Notes: generated by a model not told the origin, from the letters alone. DNA of 64,000 nucleotides from Acidobacteriota bacterium (GCA_049967655.1 JBMFSH010000003.1:1-64000), one strand, 5' to 3'. Positions 46,515-58,368 are shown, counted from the stretch's first letter. Numbers and translations: made by a program.

Positions 46515-47627
46515 TCATCGTCCTTTCCCCAGGAATTCGCGGATCGAGTCCAGGATGTGCTCCTTGTCGTCGATCTTGCTCAGCGCCACGTTCTCCTGCT
46601 CGGGGAAGGCCTTCTCCAGGATGGGGTAGAAGGCGCCGGAGCCGTAGGCGCTCTTGACCTGCCCGTAGGCGAAGAGGTTGGCCACCGGCAGGAGCCTCTG
46701 GTTCATGATGTCCACGCAGTGGGCCGAGTCCTCGTCGCTCCAGTTGTCCCCGTCCGAGAAGTGGAAGAGGTAGAGGTTCCAGTCGTCCGGCGGATAGTCC
46801 TGCTTGATCATGTCCGCCGCCAGGGTGTAGGCGGAGGAGATGAGGGTGCCGCCCGACTCCATGCTCTTGAAAAAGGTGTCCCGGTCCACCTCGCGCGCCT
46901 CCGCGTCGTGGGTGATGTAGCGGATCTGGAGGTTCTTGTAGTGAGAGCGCAGCCAGAGGTCGATCCAGAAGGCCTCGATCCGCACGATCTCCTTCTGCTC
47001 CTCCCCCATGCTGCCCGACACGTCCATCATGTACAGGATGGCCGCCGCGGACTGGGGCAGCAGCACCTCCTTCCGGGCCCGGTAGCGCTTGTCCTCCCTC
47101 ACCGGCACCACCAGGGGGTCGCCGGGGTTGTACTCCCCGCTGGAGATGGTGCGTTTCAGGGCCGCCTTGAAGGTCCGTTTGAAGTGCACCAGGGATTCTG
47201 GGCCCGTCCTGCGGATGCCGGTGAAGCGGCCGGTGTAGCTCGTCAGGACCTTCTGGCCCCGGGGCTGGATGCGGGGGAGTTCGAGCTCCTCGCCCAGGAT
47301 CTGGGCCAGCTCCTCCAGGGTAAGTTCAACCTCCAGGGCGTGCTCTCCCGGCTGGTCGCCCGCTTCGCCAGCGCCCTCTCCCTCGCCCGGCTGCCCCTTG
47401 CCCAGGACGTCCCCCTCCTTGCCCTCGCCTTGGCCCGCCTGGGACTGGTCCTCCCAGGAGTACTCGAACTTGGGCAGGCGGATCTCCTTGAGGGGGATGG
47501 CCACCTTCTTGCGGCCGTGCTGGGCCACGAGGTCTCCCTGCACAATGAAGCGCCGGAGGTTCTCGCGCACCCTCCCCTTCACGATGGAGCGAAATCTCGC
47601 GTGGTCGGAGTGGATCCTTAGGGGCAT
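46515..47627 (-). CDS. yeaH: YeaH/YhbH (DUF444) vWA-like protein
   Basis: MMDVSGSM, ESGGTLISSAY, WNLYLFHFSDGDNW. Confidence 0.92.
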   Translation of the reverse strand: MPLRIHSDHARFRSIVKGRVRENLRRFIVQGDLVAQHGRKKVAIPLKEIRLPKFEYSWEDQSQAGQGEGKEGDVLGKGQPGEGEGAGEAGDQPGEHALEVELTLEELAQILGEELELPRIQPRGQKVLTSYTGRFTGIRRTGPESLVHFKRTFKAALKRTISSGEYNPGDPLVVPVREDKRYRARKEVLLPQSAAAILYMMDVSGSMGEEQKEIVRIEAFWIDLWLRSHYKNLQIRYITHDAEAREVDRDTFFKSMESGGTLISSAYTLAADMIKQDYPPDDWNLYLFHFSDGDNWSDEDSAHCVDIMNQRLLPVANLFAYGQVKSAYGSGAFYPILEKAFPEQENVALSKIDDKEHILDSIREFLGKGR

Positions 47628-47634
47628 GTCATCT

Positions 47635-47784
47635 CACCACAGAGACACGGAGGCACAGAGGAACCTGGATTCGAAAGGAAAGAGAACGGGGGCTCCTTCT
47701 CCGATGGCCTTGCCTGTCTCTCCCACAAAGGGCTTCATTCTCAGCAGCCTCGACTATTTCTCGGCGCCTCTGCGCCTCTGTGGT

Positions 47785-47786
<2 letters not shown>
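47635..47786. repeat. Inverted pair of CACAGAG-type repeats between prkA and yeaH; further copies at 46491-46516, 50743-50768, 61925-61950, 61979-62005
   Basis: caccacagagacacggaggcacagagg ... ctcggcgcctctgcgcctctgtggtt. Confidence 0.7.
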
Positions 47787-49854
<2,068 letters not shown>

Positions 49855-50219
49855 GGGAGCCTCCCTGCGGATGCATCTGAACTGAGTATAGGGTCCGCGC
49901 CCGCCGCGCGTCCACCACCGCGATCCACGCAAATTCCGCGATGCAATTCCCGCCGGTGTGGGAGCCTTCGCCTGACAGCGAATTCCCCATCGCGATTAAG
50001 CGAGTAAGCAATTAAGCCTAAGCGGGATGTGATGAAAGGCCGACCCCTTTCAGGTGAGCTGCCCTAGCTTGCGATCCATGGCTGGATTAGCCTTGCCCCG
50101 CCTTCTCTTTGCTGCATCGCGGAGTCTGGGAGCCACCTTCCTGCGGGCCCCGGCCCGATGCCGGGGGGCTTTTATCCCCCGGAGGATTCCTTTACACTAA
50201 CGGCCGCGAGGAGGTTGGC

Positions 50220-50702
50220 ATGCCCGAATCCAAGGGTCTGGAGGCCACGCGCAAGGCTCTCGAGGCCGACCTGAAGAAGTTGGACCACGAACTGCGGATC
50301 GACCTCCCCAAGGAGATCGATCGCGCCCGGCAGTTGGGTGACCTGAGCGAAAACGCCGAGTACCACATGGCTCTCCAGCGACAGCAGTACGTGAAGGCGC
50401 GGGTCATGGAGCTTCAGAAGCGGATCGCCGCTCTGGCCACCGTGAACCTCTCCTCCGTTCCGAAGGACAGGGCGGCCTACGGCAGCCTCCTCAAACTCTA
50501 CGACGTGGAGAAGGAGGAGGAGTTGGAGGTCCGCCTTGTCACCCACGAGGAGGCGGACATCCAGAACGGCTGCTACTCCGTGCAGTCGCCCATCGGCAAG
50601 GCTCTCCTGGGCAAGCGGGAGGGGGATGAGGTGACCGTGGAGACCCCCGGCGGCCGCCGGACCTTCGAGGTCCTCAGCCTCAAGACCATCCACGACCTGT
50701 GA
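50220..50702 (+). CDS. greA: Transcription elongation factor GreA
   Basis: ARQLGDLSENAEYH, SVQSPIGKALLGK..GDEV.VETPGG. Confidence 0.92.
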   Translation: MPESKGLEATRKALEADLKKLDHELRIDLPKEIDRARQLGDLSENAEYHMALQRQQYVKARVMELQKRIAALATVNLSSVPKDRAAYGSLLKLYDVEKEEELEVRLVTHEEADIQNGCYSVQSPIGKALLGKREGDEVTVETPGGRRTFEVLSLKTIHDL

Positions 50703-50994
50703 GGGCCTTGGGCGGAAGGCGGATAGCGGAAGGAAAGAAGACGCCACAGAGGCAGTGAGGCACAGAGGGGAATGGGGGACTTGGGGTTGTTACGTCTCAC
50801 GACTAGCCCCTAACGTCTCGCTCCCCGCCGCCCTTCCCAATCCTCCCGCCGTGCCCTGATTCGCCGTCCCCGCGTGTCCCCGACTCCACTTCCTCCGTCC
50901 CCCTTTTCGGACGGGCTTCCGGCATGGAGCACAGAGACGGGCGCCCGTCCCAACCTGAACGCAGTAGACGCGGCCCTTTTGCCGGCCCTTTCTG

Positions 50995-51011
50995 TTGGCA
51001 TCGGCCTTGCT
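50995..51011 (+). promoter_or_regulatory. sigma54 (-24/-12) promoter
   Basis: TTGGCATCGGCCTTGCT = GG-N10-GC, 25 nt before the ATG at 51037. Confidence 0.7.
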
Positions 51012-51036
51012 GTCACCGTCCCTGGAGGGAATACCC

Positions 51037-52536
51037 ATGAACCAGAGAATCCTGATCGTGAGCGCGATCCTCATGGTAGTGGCGGTGGCGGGCTGGCCGG
51101 CGGCGAGCGGTGGGCCCGCCACGGAGGTGGTGGTCTTCCCCAACCTCACCCCCGCCCAGGCCTCGACGGTCCTTTCGGCTGCCCAGCGCCTCGTCTGGGA
51201 CCGCCAGACGGGTATCGCCGTGGCCGAGGTACCCACCGCCTGGGACACCAAGCTCGCGTCGGTGCGGCTGGAGGACCTCGGTCCCGTCACCGGCCCCCAG
51301 GACTTCGACGCGGCTCTTCGGATCTATCTTCCCGGCTACCTGAATGCCCCTCGCGAGGAGGCCTCCTCGGCGACTCCGCGCTACGCCGTCAAGGCGCCCG
51401 TGCATCTCGTGAAGCCCCCGGCGGAGGTGGCCAGAATGGCCCAAGCGCGAGCTTCGAGAAAGGAAGACGCGACCTGTCTGTATGAAGGGTTCGAAACGAA
51501 CGAACTGCCGATCTGGTATGAGGATGGCGGCAATTGGTGGCATTACCAGGGTGGATATCCGAACGACCAAGGCGACTACTTCTGGCTCGACGACAACTGC
51601 GACGCCCACAGCGGACAGTGGGAGGCCAGCGCTACCCTGGGGGGCACCCTCGGGCAGTACCTCTCCTGCAACTCCACCTACGCCAGCAACACCGACTCCT
51701 GGATGGAATACGTGCCCGAGATCACCTGCGCGTCGGGCGTGCCGGAGGCCTCGCTCAACTTCTATCTCAAAGTGCAGAGTGAGCCGAACTACGACCTCTT
51801 CTACTACCTCGTCTCGGTGGACGGCACCAACTACTACGGGTACAGCCTCTCGGGAGACTGGTCCGACCAGTGGTACCTCAACGACCCGTACGACCTGAGG
51901 AACTGGACCGGCCTCGGCGACCTGACGCAGTACCCCTATTTCTACCTCGCCTTCGCCTTCCAGTCGGACAACCAGATCAACGAGGGCTTTGGGGCGGCGG
52001 TGGACGACATCTCCATCTCGGCCACCTCCTTCTCGGTGGCGGCGCAAGCCGATACCCAGTCGGGGCTGGTTCCCCTCACGGTCCACTTCACGGCTACTCC
52101 CCTGGGCGGACAGGCTCCCTTCACCTATGCGTGGGACTTCGGGGACGGCAGCCCGCGCTCGGCCGACCAGAACCCCGTCCATACCTATTCGGCCGCCGGG
52201 ACTTATTCCGTCCAGCTAACGGCGCAGGATGCCACTGGCGCGGTGTCGACGGGAGGCCTGACGATCACCGTGAGCGTGCCCACTCCTCCGGTCATCAACT
52301 CCATGGCCAAGAAGGGCAATCCCTTCCGAATCGTGGCCTTCGGAACCAACTTCATGCAGAGCATCCAGGTCTACATCAACGGGAACCAGTGGCCCAACGT
52401 GAAGGTCAAGAGTTCCGGAAAGCTCGTGATCGCAGGCGGGGCCGGACTCAAGGCGGCGGTGCCCAGGGGCGTGCCGACCCTCTTTCTCTTCAAGAATCCC
52501 GACACGACGACGGCCACCTATACCTTCAGCTGGTAG
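51037..52536 (+). CDS. Secreted PKD-domain protein with a jelly-roll-like central domain
   Basis: Signal peptide; YEGFE..SEPNYD..F.FQSD..GAAVDDISI; PLTVHF..YAWDFGDG..NPVHTYSAAGTYSVQLT. Confidence 0.85.
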   Translation: MNQRILIVSAILMVVAVAGWPAASGGPATEVVVFPNLTPAQASTVLSAAQRLVWDRQTGIAVAEVPTAWDTKLASVRLEDLGPVTGPQDFDAALRIYLPGYLNAPREEASSATPRYAVKAPVHLVKPPAEVARMAQARASRKEDATCLYEGFETNELPIWYEDGGNWWHYQGGYPNDQGDYFWLDDNCDAHSGQWEASATLGGTLGQYLSCNSTYASNTDSWMEYVPEITCASGVPEASLNFYLKVQSEPNYDLFYYLVSVDGTNYYGYSLSGDWSDQWYLNDPYDLRNWTGLGDLTQYPYFYLAFAFQSDNQINEGFGAAVDDISISATSFSVAAQADTQSGLVPLTVHFTATPLGGQAPFTYAWDFGDGSPRSADQNPVHTYSAAGTYSVQLTAQDATGAVSTGGLTITVSVPTPPVINSMAKKGNPFRIVAFGTNFMQSIQVYINGNQWPNVKVKSSGKLVIAGGAGLKAAVPRGVPTLFLFKNPDTTTATYTFSW

Positions 52537-52639
52537 CGTCAAATGCTCGGCTGGCCCTCCACCCTCCACCGCTCCCATCCGGACCTTTCGGACGGGAACA
52601 GGGCAGGATCACTCCGGCTAACAGATTTCCTTCTCTCAC

Positions 52640-52672
52640 GGCCGGGGGCTTCGGCTCCCGGCCTCCTTTTCT
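52640..52672 (+). terminator. Intrinsic terminator (cUUCGg hairpin)
   Basis: ggccgggggc-ttcg-gctcccggcc then tccttttctt, between convergent genes. Confidence 0.6.
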
Positions 52673-52760
52673 TGAGGATGCCTGCAAAGCCGCCCTGAGC
52701 GAAACAGGCGGGGCGCCTCCGCCGGAGGCGCCCCAGGTAGAGCCGGCAGGAGAGAGCGGG

Positions 52761-54011
52761 TTAGGGAGCCGGCACTGGGTGCTTGCTCGGAAGAGCCGGA
52801 GCGGGCGCTGGAGGGGGCAACTCGGCGAGGGTGAAGCCCGCCACCCGCCCCAGCCGCGGTGCTTGGGCGGCTACCCGGATGGCCTCGATGTCGAGGAGAG
52901 AAGCGTCTCGGACAAGGTAAGGAGGGTCCACGTCCGCGCGGGAGAGGTCCTGGCCGGCGAAGCGCAGGGTCATCGTCCGTTCTCCCGCCTCCAGCGAGGC
53001 CTCCACCGAGGCGTAGGCCACCTCGACCTCCGCGCCCGAAGGCGACCGCCCCGTCAGGGTGGCCTGGAGCCGGTACGTTCCTGCCTTGGGCAGCTTGACG
53101 CGGACGGGCACCTCCACGGCCGAGACCCCCGTCGGATCGCGGAGGACCTGGCAAGGCCGGGCCCCGAGGATGCGGAAGCCACCCTCCGAAAGGGCCAGCG
53201 CGGCATGGCCGACGCGGTGGAGCGGTAGGCCATCGGCGGTGCCCGAAGCGTCCACCTTGACGTCCTCCATGCCGCCTCCCGGCTCCACCGGCAGGAAGCA
53301 GGAGTAAACGCCGTCACCGGCGGTGGCGTCGGGTGCAACGCCGTCATCGCGCAGGATCACGCGGACGGGCGAACCCGCCGAGGTGCTTCGGACCATGGCC
53401 GTCACGCGGAACCCGGGCAGGGGAGCCCCGCTATTCTGGTTGAACAGCTTGGCGTAGAGGACTGGATGGCCGCCGGGCGAGGAGACCATCTCCGAAAGGC
53501 TCACCCGCATCCGGTAGCCCGAGCCGTCCTGGACGGCCACCATGAAGGCCTTGGCTCCGCTCTGGGCGTGGCTGAAGTCGAGCGTGTAACGCCCCGGTGC
53601 GGCGGGGGAGATTTTCAGAAGGGTGGCCGTGGGCGGAAGATCCACAAGTCCCGACAGCTCAGCCGAAGAACCCGCTGCGAAAGCGGCCTCGGTCCGGCCG
53701 TCGGGCGCGAAGGGAGTCCCCTGCGGGTCCAGCAGTCGCAGGCCAGTTTCCGCCGTCGGGACGCCCACGGGCCACACCACGACCCTGGCGTCCGGGCCGC
53801 GGAGCACCACGGAGGCGCTGCTGTGGCGGGTGGCATCCACGACGAAGGCGTCGAGCGACGAGGTGCTGGCGAAGGGTCTCGGGGCCACGTAGGGAGTCTG
53901 GGGAGCGAAGCCCTGGCTCATCTGAGTGGCGGAGCCCGCGGCGAACAGGGAGAGCACGGGGAGGAGCGCCGCGAGGAGGACGGGTGTGCGATGGCTCTTG
54001 AACGGTCTCAT
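52761..54011 (-). CDS. Secreted choice-of-anchor X / conditioned-medium-factor-like protein
   Basis: Signal peptide; LRDDGVAPDATAGDGVYS motif; Ig-like C-terminus. Confidence 0.7.
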   Translation of the reverse strand: MRPFKSHRTPVLLAALLPVLSLFAAGSATQMSQGFAPQTPYVAPRPFASTSSLDAFVVDATRHSSASVVLRGPDARVVVWPVGVPTAETGLRLLDPQGTPFAPDGRTEAAFAAGSSAELSGLVDLPPTATLLKISPAAPGRYTLDFSHAQSGAKAFMVAVQDGSGYRMRVSLSEMVSSPGGHPVLYAKLFNQNSGAPLPGFRVTAMVRSTSAGSPVRVILRDDGVAPDATAGDGVYSCFLPVEPGGGMEDVKVDASGTADGLPLHRVGHAALALSEGGFRILGARPCQVLRDPTGVSAVEVPVRVKLPKAGTYRLQATLTGRSPSGAEVEVAYASVEASLEAGERTMTLRFAGQDLSRADVDPPYLVRDASLLDIEAIRVAAQAPRLGRVAGFTLAELPPPAPAPALPSKHPVPAP

Positions 54012-54022
54012 GGGTTCCCCCC

Positions 54023-54865
54023 TCAAAAGTCGTACGACAGATAGGTGCCGATCGGCCGAAAATCGTTGCGGCGGTTGTGGTGGTGGTTGGCATCGGTCTC
54101 GAACCAGAGGGTACCCACCGCCTCCGCCGAATACTGGGCCACCATGCCGTCGTTGGCGCCGGGGAAGCCGCTCACCGAGGCGAGCGCCGCCAGGCCGTAG
54201 TCTTCCGCGTGGGCCCAGTCGTTGAAGATGGCCAGCCCGGTGTCCACCCCGGCGATGCAGTAGAAGCTCTTGGGGAGGGCGGGCCTGCCCGCCGTGCCGA
54301 AGAGCCAGTACTGGTTGTAATAGGCCATCCAGTCGGTGCGGCAATTATAGGTGGAGTTCGTGTTCTCGCCCACGAGGTCCACCAGCCAGCCCGTGAGCCA
54401 GGAGCCCGACAGCGTGCCTGCGAGGTCGGCCGCCTCGGAGCCGTCCTGCGGGGCGGCGATGGTGTTCACCCACCGCGTGGCGTTCACCACCGTCTGGTAG
54501 TCCGAGTTCCGGTTCGGGTTCGAGAAGATCCACCGCACAACCACTCCGCCGAAGGAGTGGGTGTCGATGACGAGGTCCGTAATTCCCTGCGTATTGACGA
54601 AGGAGGCGATCTGAGAGGCCACCTGGTCGCCCGCCACCCACATGTACTGGGTGCCGTCGTAGTGGCAGACGATGTAGGGCACGCTGTAGTTCTTGGTGAC
54701 CGCCGCGATCATGGGCGAAGTCCAGTAGGCGAGCGCCGTGGAGACATTCTGGAGATCCGCCCCACCCTTGCCGTGAACTAGGGCCACCCCCGTTTTGGCC
54801 CAGAGGTTCAGGGCGCACAACAGTAAAACCGAGACCAACAGGACGGTACGAGCTCTTCTTCTCAT
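54023..54865 (-). CDS. Secreted alpha/beta hydrolase (lipase-like)
   Basis: Signal peptide; LVHGKG, THSFGG, IAAPQDGS, NDGMV, NHHH. Confidence 0.8.
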   Translation of the reverse strand: MRRRARTVLLVSVLLLCALNLWAKTGVALVHGKGGADLQNVSTALAYWTSPMIAAVTKNYSVPYIVCHYDGTQYMWVAGDQVASQIASFVNTQGITDLVIDTHSFGGVVVRWIFSNPNRNSDYQTVVNATRWVNTIAAPQDGSEAADLAGTLSGSWLTGWLVDLVGENTNSTYNCRTDWMAYYNQYWLFGTAGRPALPKSFYCIAGVDTGLAIFNDWAHAEDYGLAALASVSGFPGANDGMVAQYSAEAVGTLWFETDANHHHNRRNDFRPIGTYLSYDF

Positions 54866-55110
54866 CCCGCTCCTCCTTGAGAGATCCATCCTTTAGCAAT
54901 GATCGTACCAACGCCCGCGTGCAGAGGGTGGAAACACCGCTGCAACGGGCATTGCGAGGAGGCCCTCCGGGGCGGCCCTCGCCGCCAAAACGTGAACCAA
55001 GTATCATGAAATGGCATGGAGACTTGTCTAGTATCCAGTAAATAAAATAGATAGGCAATGCATTCTCGGTTCACGGCGGTTCGTGAACGCAAGCCTCACT
55101 CTAGAGCCAC

Positions 55111-55369
55111 AATCCCGCGATGGAACGGGGGAAAGAGCATGGAAAGCGGGCGGAACAAGCCATTGAAGAAGAGGCCCTTGTCACCTATCAAGGGATTGGG
55201 GCGCCCTCGAGCCGAAGGCGAAGAGGGCGCCAAGGGAGAGGTGGGGCCCCATCGGGCTTTGCCCGTGGGGCGGGGAGGAAATGGCCCTCCCCGTCCAGGA
55301 GACAACGCCTTTCCCCCGTGAACCCGAGCCGTAGCCGAAGGCACCCGCGTCTCCATCGCGGAATTTGGG
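55111..55369. repeat. MITE-like dispersed repeat, copy 2 (AATCCCGCGATGGA ... TCCATCGCGGAATT)
   Basis: Inverted ends; 55230-55369 is the reverse-complement homolog of 7824-7961. Confidence 0.75.
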
Positions 55370-55382
55370 CGGAGCGGACCCC

Positions 55383-55412
55383 TTGACCGAGGCCCGTACC
55401 GGAGGGTATGCT
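55383..55412 (+). promoter_or_regulatory. sigma70 promoter TTGACC-N18-TATGCT for the tyrA leader
   Basis: Consensus-like boxes just upstream of the leader RBS. Confidence 0.65.
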
Positions 55413-55438
55413 CGGGGAGAACCTGGAGGGAGCTGAAG

Positions 55439-55534
55439 GTGGATGACGGGTCGGACCGGATGAACAGGATCGGGCGCTGGGGCGTCGCGTACGCCTACTA
55501 TTACGCCTTCGACCCGTCGTGTCCGGCGCCCTGA
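55439..55534 (+). CDS. Tyr-rich leader peptide ((V)DDGSDR)MNRIGRWGVAYAYYYAFDPSCPAP
   Basis: RBS ggagggag plus GTG 55439 (alternative ATG 55460); 4 Tyr codons within 5 positions; absent from the ORF track. Confidence 0.85.
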   Translation: MDDGSDRMNRIGRWGVAYAYYYAFDPSCPAP

Positions 55535-55555
55535 GGGTCCCGTTGGATCGCGATC

Positions 55556-55583
55556 AGGCCCGCCGGAGACGGCGGGCCTTTTT
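55556..55583 (+). terminator. Attenuator terminator upstream of tyrA
   Basis: aggcccgccg-gaga-cggcgggcct followed by a T run. Confidence 0.9.
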
Positions 55584-55624
55584 CATGCCCCGAGGAGCAT
55601 CCGCACCTGACGATGGAGGAGATC

Positions 55625-56785
55625 ATGCCGAAACGGCCCAAACCGAAGGCGAAGGCGGCGATGGCGGAGGCGGCGCCGACGGGAGACCTGGAGCAGCACC
55701 GGCGCACCATCGAGGAGTTGGATGCCCGCATCCTCGACCTCGCCGCGCAGCGGATGGAGACGGCCCAGAAGATCGCCCGCTTCAAGATCGCGCGGCGCAT
55801 CCCGCTGCGCAACTTCGAGGTGGAGGCCCAGGTGCGCTCACGCATGGAGCGGCGATGCCTGGAGCGGGGGATTGATCCCGCTCTCGGACGGGAGCTGGCC
55901 TTGCTCCTCATCGGACATTCGCTCCTGGCCCAATCTCCCATTGTGGAGAGCAGCTACGAGGGCTCACTCCTTCGGGTCCTGGTGGTGGGCGGCATGGGCG
56001 GCATGGGCGGCTGGATGGCCCGCTTCCTGTCAGGACAAGGACATCAAGTGACCATCTTTGACATAGCCGGCGGCGACTCGTCCTTCCCTCGCGCCCAGAG
56101 CTTTGAGGATGGCCTGGAGAACGCCGATCTCGTCGTCCTGGCCGTCCCCATGAGCGCCTGCGCGGAGCTCCTGCGCCGACTCGGGCGCCTGCCCGCCCGC
56201 CCGGTCGTTGCCGAACTGTGCAGCCTCAAGCTCCACCTGCGCCCGGCCCTGGAGGCGGCCCGGTCCGTGGGGCTGCGCGTGGTCTCCTTCCACCCCATGT
56301 GGGGCCCGGAGGCGAGGCTCCTGAGCGGCAAGCGGCTCCTTCTGGTGCGTTCGGGCAACGAACGGGAGGAGGAGCTCGTAAGGGGCCTCTTCGCGCCCAC
56401 CAGCGTGACCATCCATGATCTCTCGCTGGAGGAGCACGACCGGAGGATGGCCGTGGTGCTGGGGCTTGCGCACTTGGTCAACCTCGGTTTCGCCAGGGCC
56501 CTGGCCCTGTGCGGATTGTCCCCGGAGGCGCTCCGGGAGGCTGCCGGCGTGACCTTCGGCAAGCAGCTCCGGACCACGCTGGAGGTGGTTTCGGAGAACC
56601 CCGATCTCTACTTCGAGATTCAGCGCCTGAGCGGTTCCACGTCGGAGCCCTTGGAGCGGCTTCATGAGGCCCTTGGAGACTTCAAGAGAGCGGTGGAGGC
56701 CGGCGACGCCGCGGCCTTTTCCGCCTACATGGAGGAGGCAAAGGCCCGACTGTCCCATGCGGGGGCGTTCGAGGAGTGGGTCTGA
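55625..56785 (+). CDS. tyrA: Bifunctional chorismate mutase / prephenate dehydrogenase
   Basis: N-terminal CM (RRTIEELDARILDLAAQR..IARFK), VVGGMGGMG, SFHPMWGP, EHDRRMAVVLGLAH. Confidence 0.92.
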   Translation: MPKRPKPKAKAAMAEAAPTGDLEQHRRTIEELDARILDLAAQRMETAQKIARFKIARRIPLRNFEVEAQVRSRMERRCLERGIDPALGRELALLLIGHSLLAQSPIVESSYEGSLLRVLVVGGMGGMGGWMARFLSGQGHQVTIFDIAGGDSSFPRAQSFEDGLENADLVVLAVPMSACAELLRRLGRLPARPVVAELCSLKLHLRPALEAARSVGLRVVSFHPMWGPEARLLSGKRLLLVRSGNEREEELVRGLFAPTSVTIHDLSLEEHDRRMAVVLGLAHLVNLGFARALALCGLSPEALREAAGVTFGKQLRTTLEVVSENPDLYFEIQRLSGSTSEPLERLHEALGDFKRAVEAGDAAAFSAYMEEAKARLSHAGAFEEWV

Positions 56786-56882
56786 ACGGCGAAGCAGACC
56801 GAGGAGCACAAAAGAGCCCGGGCGGAGGTGGCGCCCGCCCGGGTAAGGGGGAAGGAAAGGAAGCTGGTGCTGAGAAGGCTCT

Positions 56883-57419
56883 TCAGGGAGCGGGCTGGTC
56901 CTGCGGGGGCGGGGCGTCCGGGCCCTGACCGTAGCCGTCGGGAGGAGGGGCCAAGGGCCGTCCCATCCCCTGTCCGCGGCCCTGGCGCCAGGCCCCGCGG
57001 CCCTGCCCCATCCGGTGGGCGCGGCGTTCCATCATGCGCTCGCGGAAGAGCTGGCGGGCCTGCTGCCACTGCTCCGGGGTGAGGATCTTGCGGACCTGCT
57101 GCATGTGGCCGAAGCGGAGCTTCGCCACCTGGGCCTTGGCCAGGGCCAAGTCATCGATGGCCTTGTCCACTTTGGCCGGGTCTGGGTTGTCCTTGCTCAT
57201 CTCTTCGCGCAGGGAGAGCTGCTGAAGCTCCACGTTTCTTCGCAGATCGATCATCTTTCGCGCCTGCTCGAAGCGGAGCTGCCGGAGCTGGTCCTGTTGC
57301 TGCTGCGTCAGGTTGAGCTCCTGGGCCATCCTCATGGGGTTGCCGGGCATTTGGGCGAAGAGGGCGGCGCCGGCGGCGATCACCCCAGCGGCCAGTGCAA
57401 CTTTTGTCCACGTCTTCAT
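56883..57419 (-). CDS. Spy/CpxP family periplasmic protein
   Basis: Signal peptide; LNLTQQQ and ILTPEQ (LTxxQ motifs). Confidence 0.85.
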   Translation of the reverse strand: MKTWTKVALAAGVIAAGAALFAQMPGNPMRMAQELNLTQQQQDQLRQLRFEQARKMIDLRRNVELQQLSLREEMSKDNPDPAKVDKAIDDLALAKAQVAKLRFGHMQQVRKILTPEQWQQARQLFRERMMERRAHRMGQGRGAWRQGRGQGMGRPLAPPPDGYGQGPDAPPPQDQPAP

Positions 57420-57467
57420 GGGTGTTCCTCCTTCAGGTTGCATGGACAGAGTGCGCACCGGGGTGGT

Positions 57468-57716
57468 TTAGTCCTTTCGGGAAGGCGCGCCGTCGCCGTC
57501 CGCCGACGGCCGTCGGGAGGAGAGGAGCCCTTCCAGGTCCAGGGTCCTGATGGCGTCCATGGCGGCCTCCCAGGCCCCCTCGTGACAGAGGCCGGCGGTG
57601 GCCGCATCCTCGTAGGCCCGCACGGCGGTTTCCCGGCAGAGGTCGCGAACCCGCTCCGCCAGGCTCCGCAACTCCTCGGGAAGAGACCTAAAACCCGAAT
57701 TCTCCATCATGCTCAT
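57468..57716 (-). CDS. Small conserved hypothetical protein
   Basis: AYEDA..AGLCHEGAWEAAMDAIRTLDL helical motif; start uncertain. Confidence 0.6.
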   Translation of the reverse strand: MSMMENSGFRSLPEELRSLAERVRDLCRETAVRAYEDAATAGLCHEGAWEAAMDAIRTLDLEGLLSSRRPSADGDGAPSRKD

Positions 57717-57861
57717 GAAACACCCCACATCCCATGAACCGCATGCATTGGGCAGGTATTGCGCGTTCAGCCGGGAAAGCCAAGCGGTGCCCTGCCCCGA
57801 CAGCCATCCGTGCGCTTGGCGGTACAGTGGGGCCGTGGTATGGTTCCCTCCTGGAGGAGCC

Positions 57862-58338
57862 ATGGAGCCCTTCGTTCGAGAGTATGAAGCCTGCGAGAGG
57901 GGTCTGGCGGAAGCCCTTCCGGCCCACCTCGGCCGGGAAGGGCGTCTGCGGGCCTGCGTGGAGCTTCTCTGGGAGCACCTGCGGAGCCGCGGTGTGGACT
58001 GGCTGGGCGTCTACCTCATCAACGATGCACGGGACGCCATGCTTCTTCACGAGTGCCGGCCCAGACCCGCCTGCTCGCCCATTCCCCTGCACGGCGTCTG
58101 CGGACGGGCCTGGAAGGAGGGGAGGCCCCAGGTAGTGCCGGATGTGACCGCGCTGGGCGAAGCGCACATCGTCTGCGACCCCGCCAACCTCTCCGAGGTG
58201 GTGGTGCCCCTTTTCGAGCCGGACGGCACCTGTTACGGAGTGCTCGATCTCGACAGCCGCACGAAGGCAGCCTTCACCGATGCCGACGCCGAGGGTCTCC
58301 GCCGCGCCTTGCAAGCCGCCGGCCTCACCGCGCGATGA
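57862..58338 (+). CDS. msrC: GAF-domain free methionine-R-sulfoxide reductase-like
   Basis: WLGVYL, PACSPIPLHGVCG, HIVCDP.NLSEVVVP, GVLDLDS. Confidence 0.75.
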   Translation: MEPFVREYEACERGLAEALPAHLGREGRLRACVELLWEHLRSRGVDWLGVYLINDARDAMLLHECRPRPACSPIPLHGVCGRAWKEGRPQVVPDVTALGEAHIVCDPANLSEVVVPLFEPDGTCYGVLDLDSRTKAAFTDADAEGLRRALQAAGLTAR

Positions 58339-58368
58339 TGGATGAAAGGCGCGGCTCCACCACCGCCC

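Noticed and set aside
55012..55027. sigma54-like TGGCATGGAGACTTGT
   Set aside because: No GC at -12 with N10 spacing, and it points away from the adjacent hydrolase gene
55443..55463. Alternative 6-codon uORF MTGRTG in the tyrA leader
   Set aside because: No regulatory codons; the Tyr-rich frame explains the structure
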